From an uncultured Gemmatimonadales bacterium (lineage in GTDB: Bacteria > Gemmatimonadota > Gemmatimonadetes > Gemmatimonadales > GWC2-71-9), in the NCBI GenBank assembly GCA_963748815.1, contig CAVVKJ010000010.1, forward strand, positions 128,001-192,000: a DNA stretch of 64,000 nucleotides. The letters are read 5' to 3'. The notes beneath the pieces are model-generated. The model saw only the letters and a program-made list of their open reading frames with translations, did no database searches and was not told the DNA's origin. Position numbers and translations under genes: made by a program. Below are positions 43,042-51,859 of this stretch, one piece after another; position 1 is the stretch's first letter; the number at the start of each line of letters is the position of its first letter.

Positions 43042-43629
43042 TCACCAGGTCGCCCCGGCGGGCGGCCAACCTCCAAGATCGTCCAACACACGTCCCATCC
43101 GAACAAACATTGCTTCCTCACCGCCGGGGAGGGAATAGGCCACCGATGCGAGCGCCGCATAGCCCACGGCCGCGTACAGCGGCACGCCGGGGAGGGTGGC
43201 CATCAGCTCCGCCCGGCGAAAACCCGCCGCTCGTGCCGCCGCCTCGCAGTGCGCCAGCAGTCGGCGGCCCAGTCCCTGCCGCGCACACTCGGGGTGAACG
43301 AAGAACGCGCGAATCCGCGCCGCCTCGGTGGCGGGATCGAGAAGCGGGTCGTCGTCCGCCTTGGCCTGGTCGCCGCCGAACAGGGTGCGCCGGGCGCTCC
43401 ACCCTCCGCAGGCCAGCAGCGCTCCCTCCCGTTCGATCACGTAGTAGCTCTGATCCCCCAGCAGTTGTGTATCGACGCCGAACACGTGCGTGATCAACCC
43501 CTCGATCTGCGCCGGGGTGTAGTGCGCCCGGCTGAGCCCCCGCGCGGACGCAGCGATCAGCGAATTGAGGGCGGCAACCTCCGTGGGTCGGGCCGGCCGA
43601 ATCCGATCCTCGAGTGCGTCCCCCGTCAT
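43042..43629 (-). CDS. GNAT family N-acetyltransferase
   Basis: IRAFFVHPECARQGLG, LMATLPGVPLY. Confidence 0.85.
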   Translation of the reverse strand: MTGDALEDRIRPARPTEVAALNSLIAASARGLSRAHYTPAQIEGLITHVFGVDTQLLGDQSYYVIEREGALLACGGWSARRTLFGGDQAKADDDPLLDPATEAARIRAFFVHPECARQGLGRRLLAHCEAAARAAGFRRAELMATLPGVPLYAAVGYAALASVAYSLPGGEEAMFVRMGRVLDDLGGWPPAGATW

Positions 43630-43642
43630 CGTGGAGACCTCG

Positions 43643-44149
43643 TCAGTGGGCCATGCTGGTCGAGTCATGCGCCATCGCATGGTGGGCATGTCGCTGGTAG
43701 GCAAGAAACTCGTGCACTGCCGCCACGGCGGTCGAATCGCGCGATTGGATCACGACCTCGCCGCCGCGCGGCAGCGTGTCCATGGTGTAGGTGATCTCGG
43801 CGCGCCGCGCCGCCATGACGTCGGTGCCGGGTACGGTCTCGCCATGCACGAACCCCGGGACGGCGAAGTCCCCTGCAGCGAACGAACGGGCGATCGAGGC
43901 CAGGTGCGCCCGGATCGTCCCGGTGCCCGCCGTGTCGGGGGCGTCTCGTTGCAGGACGATCCGGCCCCCGTCCGGGAACGGCTCGAAGATGTGGGAGGAG
44001 GTGTATTGGTCGACGCCCATCGCCATCTGCCCGCGCTCCTGCATCGCAGCATGGCTGGTGTCCGCCGTTGCCGGGGCCTGGTCGACCTGCGTGGAATGGG
44101 CGCACGCTGCGAGGGCCAGGGCTCCCAGGGCCACGGCGGACCCGCGCAT
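43643..44149 (-). CDS. His-rich lipoprotein
   Basis: LAAC lipobox; MGVDQYTSSHIF, HEFLAYQRHAH. Confidence 0.7.
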   Translation of the reverse strand: MRGSAVALGALALAACAHSTQVDQAPATADTSHAAMQERGQMAMGVDQYTSSHIFEPFPDGGRIVLQRDAPDTAGTGTIRAHLASIARSFAAGDFAVPGFVHGETVPGTDVMAARRAEITYTMDTLPRGGEVVIQSRDSTAVAAVHEFLAYQRHAHHAMAHDSTSMAH

Positions 44150-44154
44150 CGAGC

Positions 44155-44616
44155 TCACCCGTCGCCCAGGCGACGGGGTTCGTCGCCGGACTTCAGGGTC
44201 GGCTTCGCGCGGCGGGCGAGAAGCAGGACCGAGGTGGCCGATCCCGCGCCCAACCCGAGGAAGACCGTGAGATTGACGAGTGCGGCGGCCGGGGACCAGG
44301 CATGCCACGCATTCGCCGCGAGCACGCCGTAGAGCAGCAGCCCGCCTCCCGCCCCGAGCGCAGCCATCCGCGGGAGGGTGAGCTTTTCGAATGCCCGACC
44401 ACGTGCGGTCAGCGCCAGGAATCCGGCGAAGGCCATGCCGATCGGGAACGCCCAGATGGCGCTCGCGACGACCACCCGGATTCGCTCGGGGTCCCGGTCC
44501 ATGCCCGTGAGGAGCCACGCCACTCCGGCAATCACCGACGCCACCACGCCGACGCCCGCGGAGAAGATCAGGCCTGTCCCGACCATCCCGCGCAGGATTC
44601 TAAGCCAACGGGGCAT
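44155..44616 (-). CDS. 4-TM membrane protein
   Basis: Hydrophobic ORF, GGAGGT RBS. Confidence 0.65.
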   Translation of the reverse strand: MPRWLRILRGMVGTGLIFSAGVGVVASVIAGVAWLLTGMDRDPERIRVVVASAIWAFPIGMAFAGFLALTARGRAFEKLTLPRMAALGAGGGLLLYGVLAANAWHAWSPAAALVNLTVFLGLGAGSATSVLLLARRAKPTLKSGDEPRRLGDG

Positions 44617-44648
44617 CTCTCACCTCCTGATATCGGGTCGCCGCCCGG

Positions 44649-45194
44649 CTACACCGCCAGGCGGACGCGAAATCCCCGGCCGGCGTAATAGGACTCAGCC
44701 CCGTTGTGGTAGGTAAAGACGGTATCGAACCGACGGTCACAGAAGAGCGCACCGCCGAGGTCCCGGATCCTGATGGGCGTTCGTATCCAGCTCGACGTCT
44801 TCTGGTCGAACTCTCCCATCTCCTGCAATGCGCGATACTGCGGTTCGGTGAGCAATTCGACCCCCAGTGTGGACGCCATGTCCACGGCACTGCCACGCGG
44901 CTTGTTCGCCTTGCGCGAGGCGAGTGCCTTCTGGTCATAGCAGAGGCTGCGCCGACCCGCCGGACTTTCCGGCGAACAGTCGACGAACACGATGGCGCCC
45001 GTTCCCTCGTCCCGGCCGACCACGTCGGGCTCACCGCCGGTCCGTTCCAGCTCGGCGAGCACCTCAAGCGCTGACGGGTTCGCGTCCAGCCGCGCTTGCA
45101 CGGCGGCCCAGCTCATGCCCGGGTGGCGGCGCGGGTTGGCCGAGAAACGATCCGTGAGCGTCTTGAGCAACTTGCCCCGCGAGGCAGTGGTCAT
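44649..45194 (-). CDS. DUF4256 domain protein
   Basis: TGGEPDVVG, DCSPESPAGRRSLCYD, KTSSW, YHNGAESYYAGRGFR. Confidence 0.8.
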   Translation of the reverse strand: MTTASRGKLLKTLTDRFSANPRRHPGMSWAAVQARLDANPSALEVLAELERTGGEPDVVGRDEGTGAIVFVDCSPESPAGRRSLCYDQKALASRKANKPRGSAVDMASTLGVELLTEPQYRALQEMGEFDQKTSSWIRTPIRIRDLGGALFCDRRFDTVFTYHNGAESYYAGRGFRVRLAV

Positions 45195-45242
45195 GTCGTC
45201 ATCTCCGATGCTCAATCAACAGTCGCGTCGCGTCGCTTCAAC

Positions 45243-45300
45243 GCCCCGCGGCCTTCCAGTCAGTATCGGGCGCATCGCTCGCCGTCGCAAGGGCGCGCCC
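45243..45300 (-). repeat. decayed attC remnant (central part only)
   Basis: CCTTCCAGTCAGTATCGGGCGCATCGCTCGCCGTCGCAAGGGCGCGCCC aligns to the centre of the attC copies at 51732 and 58508. Confidence 0.65.
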
Positions 45301-45319
45301 GCCGCCCCCGCCATGACAA

Positions 45320-45351
45320 ACCCCGACCAGCGGAAAGCCGCTGGTCGGGGT
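45320..45351 (-). terminator. probable intrinsic terminator after the SEC-C gene
   Basis: 14-bp perfect stem ACCCCGACCAGCGG/CCGCTGGTCGGGGT, 4-nt loop, short T run on the minus strand. Confidence 0.6.
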
Positions 45352-45358
45352 GTGTGGG

Positions 45359-45610
45359 TCAGCGCGTGTAGTAGTCGCGATCGACTCCGTCGAAGTGACC
45401 GCCCTGCATGCAGCACTTCTTGAAACCGGCGTCCGGAGCCGCAGGGGCAGAGGTCGTTACGGCCGAGCTTCTCGTGGAAGCAACTCCTTGTGACCGTGGA
45501 CGATCCGATCGCCGCGCTTCACCCGGCTTTCGGAGGGGTAGCCCTTGCGACGCTTGCTGGTGACCTCAAAAGCAGGGGAGGTCGTCGAACTCTTCGTTGC
45601 GGTGTGCCAT
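45359..45610 (-). CDS. SEC-C zinc-binding small protein, split by three +1 frame changes
   Basis: [14 protein letters not shown] / [14 protein letters not shown]...HKEL / [18 protein letters not shown] / [28 protein letters not shown]. Confidence 0.65.
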
Positions 45611-45716
45611 ACGACGCTCCTGTGAGGGGAAAACTCTGCGGCCTCAGGGGCCCGTCAGCCCGGAAGCGGGAGAATGGTACCGCGGTGGCGCCCGGAACAC
45701 CAGACGGGCGTCGAGC

Positions 45717-46169
45717 CTATTTCGCAAACAGCTGGGACGGGTCCTTGAACGCCTTGAACTCGAGGGCATTGCCCGACGGGTCGAGGAAGAACATCGTCGC
45801 CTGCTCACCGACCTGGCCCTTGAACCGGATGTAGGGTTCGATGACGAAATGGATGCCGGCCTCGCGCAGCCGGTCGGCAAGCAGGTGCCAGGTGTCCCAG
45901 GGCAGCACCACCCCGAAGTGGGGAATCGGGACGGCGTGGCCGTCGACTGCGTTGTGATGCGCCGGACCGGTCGGGGCCTCGTTCGGGGTGGCCGCTTGGT
46001 GGTGCGCCACCAGCTGGTGACCGAAGAAGTCGAAGTCGACCCACTCCGAGTCGCTCCGCCCCTCGGCGCACCCGAGTACGCCGCCGTAGAACCGGCGCGC
46101 CTCCTCGACGTCCCGCACGGGGAAGGCGAGGTGGAAGGGTGTCAGTGGAGAATCATCTGGCTGGCTCAT
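45717..46169 (-). CDS. VOC/glyoxalase family protein
   Basis: [33 protein letters not shown]. Confidence 0.88.
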   Translation of the reverse strand: MSQPDDSPLTPFHLAFPVRDVEEARRFYGGVLGCAEGRSDSEWVDFDFFGHQLVAHHQAATPNEAPTGPAHHNAVDGHAVPIPHFGVVLPWDTWHLLADRLREAGIHFVIEPYIRFKGQVGEQATMFFLDPSGNALEFKAFKDPSQLFAK

Positions 46170-46210
46170 CGGAGCTTCCTCGGGCGGAGGGGTCGGACGG
46201 GATGCCGGGG

Positions 46211-46714
46211 TCACTCAGGCCGTTCGGGCCAGTGCGCATCGGGGCTGGCCGGCGCCGCCTGATCGACGCCGAGCCGGTGCGGCGCCACTTCCGCGTGAAT
46301 GAAGTTTTCAGGGGGGACGGGACTCCCCGCAAGCCGCCGAAGCAGTGCCAGCTGGCCGACATGCGTCATCGTGTCCGCCAGCGGCCCCTGCAACAGTTGC
46401 TCCGTGGAGATGCTGCAGGGAGGGGTGCCGGCCCTGATCAGCTCCCCGACCGCTTCAAGCTGGGTGTGGAAGCGGAGGACTTCGGCCGCGAAAGTGGGGA
46501 GCGGTTCCGGAATCCGTGGATAGGCACCCCCCCGAAAGAGGGTCTCGGTGTAGCCGAGGACGCTGGTCATGTGGCGAAGCAGTTCGACGGGAGTCCGGGC
46601 CTGCTGACCGGCAGAAAAGTTGAAATATGAGTCCGGGGCGCCTCGCAGCGCCTTCTGGCTCCGGTAGGCGATGGCAGCGAGGAAGTGGAGCAGCAGGTCA
46701 CGATCCCGATCCAT
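46211..46714 (-). CDS. DinB-like protein
   Basis: [28 protein letters not shown]. Confidence 0.7.
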   Translation of the reverse strand: MDRDRDLLLHFLAAIAYRSQKALRGAPDSYFNFSAGQQARTPVELLRHMTSVLGYTETLFRGGAYPRIPEPLPTFAAEVLRFHTQLEAVGELIRAGTPPCSISTEQLLQGPLADTMTHVGQLALLRRLAGSPVPPENFIHAEVAPHRLGVDQAAPASPDAHWPERPE

Positions 46715-46734
46715 GGCCAGGTCTCCCGAGGGGA

Positions 46735-46821
46735 AGTGAACGAATCTGTCGCCCAGCGGAGCGGCGCTCGGTTCGGCTGCCACCGCGCACGCCTGCTCCG
46801 TCGACAGCAAGCTGGTTAAGC
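46735..46821 (-). repeat. heavily decayed attC remnant
   Basis: AACGAAT...GGCGCTCG...CGGCTGCC...TCGACAGC..GCTGGTTAAGC in the same order as the family; stop of the upstream gene lies in GCTTAAC. Confidence 0.5.
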
Positions 46822-47232
46822 CGCGCTTCCAGGGAGCCCCGATAGGGTGACCAACTCGTAGGACCCCTGGGTGGCCTCGATGTGAATCTTGAGAACGTGA
46901 GGCGTCCCGTCGAGCCGGACGTGCAGTTCGCCCTCCTGGACAGGCACGCGGCCGATATCGAGCGCCGACATGACCTTCAGCCGGTTGATGAAGGCACCGA
47001 ACACCTGCCCTGGAAGCTGGGCGACGACAACCCATTGGGAAGCGATTTCATATTCAACATCGCCGAGCTGGGGGTCTGTCGGCACCAGGCGGACCCTCCG
47101 CGCCTGGCTTCGGAAGGCGTCCGCGAGGAGGGCATTGCAGAGATTGGCGATCGCGGGGAGGCCCTCAAGGGGCGTGTCGAGATCGTATTCGCGCCGGAAG
47201 AGGTGTGCCCCGGCCTCGCGGGCTGGACGCAT
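46816..47232 (-). CDS. stand-alone GspE/PilB N-terminal-subdomain-like protein
   Basis: INRLKVMSALDIGRVPVQEGEL resembles the RLK.MA.LDI...PQDGR motif; no Walker A. Confidence 0.55.
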   Translation of the reverse strand: MRPAREAGAHLFRREYDLDTPLEGLPAIANLCNALLADAFRSQARRVRLVPTDPQLGDVEYEIASQWVVVAQLPGQVFGAFINRLKVMSALDIGRVPVQEGELHVRLDGTPHVLKIHIEATQGSYELVTLSGLPGSAA

Positions 47233-47252
47233 GGATCACTCCTGGAAACGCA

Positions 47253-47363
47253 AGAGAATGAATGGCGAACCCGCTGCGAGGGCGCTCACGGCAGCCGCCG
47301 CGCGACTGAGCAGTAAAGGCGGCGGCGGACGGCGCCCTCGACGGCGGCATGCGCTGGTTAGGC
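47253..47363 (-). repeat. attC, degenerate terminal copy (R' core lost)
   Basis: GAATGGCGAACCCGCTGCGAGGGCGCTC...GCATGCGCTGGTTAGGC; GCCTAAC replaced by AGAGAAT. Confidence 0.8.
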
Positions 47364-47387
47364 AGCGACCATGGCGGACCATGACTG

Positions 47388-47939
47388 TCACTCCATGACC
47401 AGTTCGTCGAGCAATTTACGGCCGGCTGGACGGGTGAGTACGTGCGCCACATCGTAGCCTGTACTGGTCCCTTGCCACCGGAGATCGCCGCGCTTGTCGA
47501 TCACATAGCTGGTTGGAATGCCGGTTACCACGTAGCTCCGTCCGAACTCACCGCCCTGGTCCATGGCCACGTCGATGCCAGTTACACCGACATCGGCTAG
47601 GAATGCCCTCACCTGAGAGCTATCTGCCATCTCTTCAAGGGCGACGTGGAGCACTTCGAGACCTCGGCCTCGGTAGGCATCGGCCAGTGTCTCGAGGGCC
47701 GGCATGGAGCTTCGGCAATTCGCACAAGAACGGGCCCACGCCTCGATGATTAACACATGTCCACGATACTTCGCGAGGCCGACAGTCTCGTGTGGGGCGG
47801 CCAGAAGAGGCAGGGCGAAAGAGGGCGCGGTGGCATCCTCTTCGAGTGGGTGAGCGTTCTGGTAACTCCGGACTTGGAGGTACACGATGCCGCTCGCGAC
47901 AATGAGGAGGGTTGTAGCCAGAGGGGATGGCATGCGCAT
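47388..47939 (-). CDS. TlpA-family thiol-disulfide oxidoreductase (cassette)
   Basis: TM, APSFAL, WARSCANC, GIPTSYVIDKRG. Confidence 0.85.
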   Translation of the reverse strand: MRMPSPLATTLLIVASGIVYLQVRSYQNAHPLEEDATAPSFALPLLAAPHETVGLAKYRGHVLIIEAWARSCANCRSSMPALETLADAYRGRGLEVLHVALEEMADSSQVRAFLADVGVTGIDVAMDQGGEFGRSYVVTGIPTSYVIDKRGDLRWQGTSTGYDVAHVLTRPAGRKLLDELVME

Positions 47940-47957
47940 TGGCTCTCCCTTGTCGCT

Positions 47958-48085
47958 GCCTAACGAATGGCGAATCAGCTGCGAGGGCGCTCGCGGCAGC
48001 CGCCGCGCGACCTCGGACTCAGTATAAGGCGCGGCGGCTGCCGCAGATAGAGCGCGCCCTCGTCTGCTGCATGCGCTGGTTAGGA
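47958..48085 (-). repeat. attC, 128-bp family
   Basis: GCCTAAC...GTTAGGA. Confidence 0.92.
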
Positions 48086-48100
48086 CGGTGCGGTCCACCA

Positions 48101-48409
48101 TTACCCGGCCTTCTCGTAGACCGGTACCTCACGCTCCAGCCGTGAGCCCAGGCGGTCCCGCTCGACATCCAGGTCATAGGCCGCCTGCAGGTTTAGCCAA
48201 AACCGGTCAGACGTACCAAAGAAGCGAGCGAGGCGGAGGGCGGTATCCGCGCTCACCCCACGCGTTCCGTGTACGATCTCATTGATCCGCCGCGCCGGCA
48301 CCGAGAGGCTCTTCGCCAAGCGATACTGCGTCAGCTCCAGCGGCGCCAGAAACTCCTCGGCGAGCACCTCGCCGGGGTGGACGGCAGCCAGTCGCTTGCG
48401 AGTTGTCAT
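48101..48409 (-). CDS. higA: HigA antitoxin (cassette)
   Basis: HPGEVLAEEFL...RINEIVHG...ADTALRLARFFGTS..FWLNLQ. Confidence 0.92.
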   Translation of the reverse strand: MTTRKRLAAVHPGEVLAEEFLAPLELTQYRLAKSLSVPARRINEIVHGTRGVSADTALRLARFFGTSDRFWLNLQAAYDLDVERDRLGSRLEREVPVYEKAG

Positions 48410-48418
48410 CAGGCCCTC

Positions 48419-48700
48419 CTAGTGATAATCGACCATCTCGACCTGGCGCGCTTCCCCGTCTTTCCAGGTGAAGCAGAGCCGCCATTGGTCATTGACCCGA
48501 ATGCTCCATTGGCCGGCGCGATTCCCGCTGAGCTTCTCGAGCCGGTTGCCGGGGGGTACCCGCAGGTCGTCGACCCGAGTGGCGGCATCCAGCATCCGGA
48601 GCTTCCGTAGGCCGGCGCGCTGGACATCCGGGCCCCATCGCTTGACGGGCTCCCGGGCAAATAGCCGCTCGGTGTCCTTGTCACGGAAGCTGCGGATCAC
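48419..48700 (-). CDS. higB: HigB/RelE-like toxin (cassette)
   Basis: MIRSFRDK...PPGNRLEKL.GNRAGQWSIRVNDQWRLCF...VDYH. Confidence 0.92.
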   Translation of the reverse strand: MIRSFRDKDTERLFAREPVKRWGPDVQRAGLRKLRMLDAATRVDDLRVPPGNRLEKLSGNRAGQWSIRVNDQWRLCFTWKDGEARQVEMVDYH

Positions 48701-48706
48701 GGATGC

Positions 48707-48735
48707 ATAGTAACGCGGCGCGTTACTAGTGTCAA
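48707..48735 (-). promoter_or_regulatory. higBA promoter with overlapping operator
   Basis: TTGACA-17-TACTAT on the minus strand; inverted repeat TAGTAACGCG-G-CGCGTTACTA at 48708-48728; probably leaderless. Confidence 0.8.
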
Positions 48736-48752
48736 GAGGGAGGAATGGCGCA

Positions 48753-48824
48753 GCCTAACGAATGGCGCATCAGCGGCTGCCGCAACTAGAGCGCGCCCTC
48801 GCCAGCTGCATGCGCTGGTTAGAC
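48753..48824 (-). repeat. attC, internally deleted copy (72 bp)
   Basis: GCCTAAC...CATCAGC|GGCTGCC...GTTAGAC; about 56 bp missing. Confidence 0.85.
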
Positions 48825-49121
48825 GCCTTCCGGCGCCTCGGGCTCAGTGGCCAATTGGGCGCTGTGCCATACGCCCACAACCCAAACCGTGGTGCCTTGG
48901 ACTCGGTAGAAAAACCGATAGGGTCGGACGATCACCTCGCGGTAGGGCAGGCCACGAAACTCGGGAATGCGCCGTCCTGACTCGGGGAACTTCTCCAGCC
49001 GACTCAGCGACTTACGTGCCCGAGTGTGAAAGCGACGCGCGGCAGCGGGGCGATCGGCGAGGATGTAGGCGATGACATCGAGGAACTGCCGGTCGCCCGA
49101 CGGGGTGAAGCGCACCTTCAC
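48819..49121 (-). CDS. RelE/ParE family toxin (cassette)
   Basis: LEKFPESGRRIPE...YREVIVRPYRFFY...VVGVWHS; stop inside attC. Confidence 0.88.
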   Translation of the reverse strand: MKVRFTPSGDRQFLDVIAYILADRPAAARRFHTRARKSLSRLEKFPESGRRIPEFRGLPYREVIVRPYRFFYRVQGTTVWVVGVWHSAQLATEPEAPEGV

Positions 49122-49399
49122 GCGTTGGCGTCCCGCAGCATCTGCTCGGCCTCGGCAAAGACAGTCGCGAGCTCACGGCCCTTACCCTTGGCGATCTCCC
49201 GCTCTCCAGACGCGAGGATACGAAGAATCTCGCGCTCCCGCTCACCCAACTCGTAGGCTTCCATGCTGAGCATGACGGCGGCGGCCCGACCACGCTGGGT
49301 GATCACCACGGGCTCGCGGGACCGGCGGACGCGATCGAGAGCACCGGCCGCATCCTGGCGGAGGTCGGTAATCGGAATGATGTCGGGCATCTTGGGCAT
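49118..49399 (-). CDS. Phd/YefM family antitoxin (cassette)
   Basis: IIPITDLRQDAA...PVVITQRGRAAAVMLS. Confidence 0.88.
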   Translation of the reverse strand: MPKMPDIIPITDLRQDAAGALDRVRRSREPVVITQRGRAAAVMLSMEAYELGEREREILRILASGEREIAKGKGRELATVFAEAEQMLRDANA

Positions 49400-49410
49400 G
49401 GCGGTGGCAC

Positions 49411-49457
49411 CTGTTAGATGTACGTCTAACAGTACTACACGACGATCGGAGGCGCAA
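49411..49457 (-). promoter_or_regulatory. phd-parE promoter/operator
   Basis: TTGCGC-17-TACTGT; palindrome CTGTTAGATGTACGTCTAACAG with a second GTAC core 12 bp away. Confidence 0.65.
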
Positions 49458-49505
49458 GAAGGAAAGTGGGGAAGCCCGGGCGGGTTGGGAACTGGACGGA
49501 AGTGC

Positions 49506-49633
49506 GCCTAACGAATGGCGCATCAGCTGCGAGGGCGCTCGCGGCAGCCGCCGCGCATCCTCGTAGTCAGTATAAAGCGCGGCGGCTGCCGCAGATAGAG
49601 CGCGCCCTCGACTGCTGCATGCGCTGGTTAGGC
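49506..49633 (-). repeat. attC, 128-bp family
   Basis: GCCTAAC...GTTAGGC. Confidence 0.93.
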
Positions 49634-49653
49634 GGCAATCTGCCAGTGAGGAA

Positions 49654-50454
49654 TCAAGGTAGGTCCCACCGTGCTGGGTTCTCGACCGGCAAAACCCCCG
49701 GCTGTCGCAGATCAACATTTTGGCGAAGAAGTAGCCAGGTGGTCGCAGCACCACGAGGGTCCGATGCCCCCCGGACATTAAGTGTGTACACCGCCGTAGG
49801 TAGGCTCGACAAAACCGCCCGCCAATAGAGGCAGCTTGTCGCGTTGCCGATCAATTCCTGGTTCTTATTAATGATATCCAACACAATTCCTGACCCAACT
49901 CGGTACGCACGGCCATTCGCCTCGACCGGCGTCACACCGCTCGACCAGTACCCAGTGACGGTGATGCTGGTCGGAGATGCTATGACCGAATCAACTCCTC
50001 CACAGGATGCACGCTGAGGCGGGGCGCTGGTCTCGAAGCGAAGGACTACGGGAGAAGAATCCTTCTCGGCAGGCGCTCTCCCGATAAGGATGAGAGTCCA
50101 GGCGTCAAGGCGCATGGTTACGGCGATTGAATCGCGGCGCCCCGAGACAATGGTCACAGTGTCGGTTGTACGGGAGAAGTAGGGATACTGTGCTACCAGG
50201 AGCACTGTAGTTGGCGGTAGGGCGGTTAGGAGAAACGACCCATCCGCCGCAGTATTCGTCTGCAGGATCAGGCGATTGGGGTCGTGCGGAAGACGAACCG
50301 TGACATACACGTTGGCGAGAGGCGCTCCGGTGGTATCTCGGACCACGCCGGCGAGGCTCCCCGGAGGCTGCCCATCGAGCGAAGTGCTCTGGCAGATGGC
50401 GGCGTGAGGAGATAGCGTTGCCAGCGCGAACAGGAGTTTCACAATGTGGCGCAA
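49654..50454 (-). CDS. secreted carboxypeptidase-regulatory-like domain protein (cassette)
   Basis: Signal peptide; GSLAGVVRDTTGAPLANVYV...TAADGSF; TTG start with GAGG RBS. Confidence 0.75.
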   Translation of the reverse strand: MRHIVKLLFALATLSPHAAICQSTSLDGQPPGSLAGVVRDTTGAPLANVYVTVRLPHDPNRLILQTNTAADGSFLLTALPPTTVLLVAQYPYFSRTTDTVTIVSGRRDSIAVTMRLDAWTLILIGRAPAEKDSSPVVLRFETSAPPQRASCGGVDSVIASPTSITVTGYWSSGVTPVEANGRAYRVGSGIVLDIINKNQELIGNATSCLYWRAVLSSLPTAVYTLNVRGASDPRGAATTWLLLRQNVDLRQPGVLPVENPARWDLP

Positions 50455-50473
50455 GAATAGTTCCTCGATTGCC

Positions 50474-50602
50474 GCCTAACGAATGGCGCATCAGCTGCGA
50501 GGGCGCTCGCGGCAGCCGCCGCGCGACCTCGCTATTCAGTATAAAGCGCGGCGGCTGCCGCAGATAGAGCGCGCCCTCGTCTGCTGCATGCGCTGGTTAG
50601 GC
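50474..50602 (-). repeat. attC, 128-bp family
   Basis: GCCTAAC...GTTAGGC. Confidence 0.93.
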
Positions 50603-51097
50603 GGCAGCGTCACCAGTCGAGGTCACGGAGCGCGCAAGTCCGGACGATCAGAGTACGCCCAGATCAGCGACGGGCACGGCGATAAGCGACGATGCGCCAG
50701 TCCCTCAGAGCTGGCCCGATTCTGAACGCGAGTCGACGTCCACGAGGCGGCAAGCGCGACTCGACAGGTGTCGCACTTGGGGGCCGACTGATGACGGCAC
50801 GCCGACGAACTCATCCTCGGTCCACGCAACGGCCGATGGAGGCGTCACGTCTGCTCATGCGTGCCGACACGTGTGACTGTGCTGCTACTGGTGCAGAGCG
50901 TGTGCGGAAGCGGCGCGCTGCACGCGGGACCAATGACGCAGGCCGGCGATCCATGGCGCCGACGCGAAGGCGCAGATCCTGGCGAGCATCGCGAGGAACG
51001 AGCCGCAGGCATGCCGACCGCACAGCTGAAGCCCTGATGCGTCGGGTCGCGGCATGCGATGTGCATCGCGTTCGGCATGTCAGTCGGTGCGCTGTCC
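50603..51097. other. cassette without a credible ORF
   Basis: Bounded by attC sites with complementary ends; only short, unprotein-like ORFs. Confidence 0.6.
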
Positions 51098-51225
51098 GCC
51101 TAACGAATGGCGCATCAGCTGCGAGGGCGCTCGCGGCAGCCGCCGCGCGACCTCGCAGTCAGTATAAAGCGCGGCGGCTGCCGCAGATAGAGCGCGCCCT
51201 CGACAGCTGCATGCGCTGGTTAGGC
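51098..51225 (-). repeat. attC, 128-bp family
   Basis: GCCTAAC...GTTAGGC. Confidence 0.93.
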
Positions 51226-51577
51226 GGCACGGCGACCGGGCATAGACTCAACCAGCGGGACCCAGGAGGACCGTGCTCCTAGGTCGAGCGGGTTGATGCA
51301 ACCTTCGAACGTTGGGGTCGGCTTTGTGCTTTCACTCTGGCTAAGCGGAGAGCTGCCAGCTACTGCCTTCCGCGATTGGCCGTCAGGAGTCAATCGCAAG
51401 ACGGGCATGGGGCAGCTGGGCAGCGGTGGCGAAGATCCTTCGGGCCAGCGAGTCGAGCGCGAAGGGAGTCATTCCCGAAGTGGGGCGAGAGGATCTTGGG
51501 GTGCAGCCTGAGCAGCAAGTCGTGAGGTCCCAAGGACGGCCAGCGCTACGAACGGTTGCGATGAATGGCGAATGCAT
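51220..51577 (-). pseudogene. disrupted small secreted protein (cassette)
   Basis: GAGGA RBS, MHSPFIATV then shift to VALAVLGTSRLAAQ, internal TGA, continues CPMPVLR...GCINPL to a stop inside attC. Confidence 0.4.
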
Positions 51578-51731
51578 ATTCAGGTCCTCACCGAGGAGGG
51601 TACTGCAGTGGCGCAAGAGCGCGGACTCAGTCAAGGGCCTTGATGCGCAACGGCCTTGGCTCGTCGCAGTCGTTGTTGAGGCACTGAAGCGTGGTCGAAG
51701 CAATATGACATCACATGAAGCCGTTGTGTCC

Positions 51732-51859
51732 GCCTAACGTACTGCGCATCAGCTGCGAGGGCGCTCGCGGCAGCCGCCGCGCGACCTCGCCAGTAGTATC
51801 AGGCGCGGCGGCTGCCGCCGCAAGAGCGCGCCCTCGACAGCTGCATGCGCTGGTTAGGC
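51732..51859 (-). repeat. attC, 128-bp family, subtype B
   Basis: GCCTAACGTACTG...AGTATCAGG...GCCGCAAGAG...GTTAGGC. Confidence 0.92.

Noticed and set aside
49411..49432. GTTAGAT...GTCTAAC as an additional att site
   Set aside because: The cores are in the wrong order and too close; it fits a Phd operator overlapping the promoter better.
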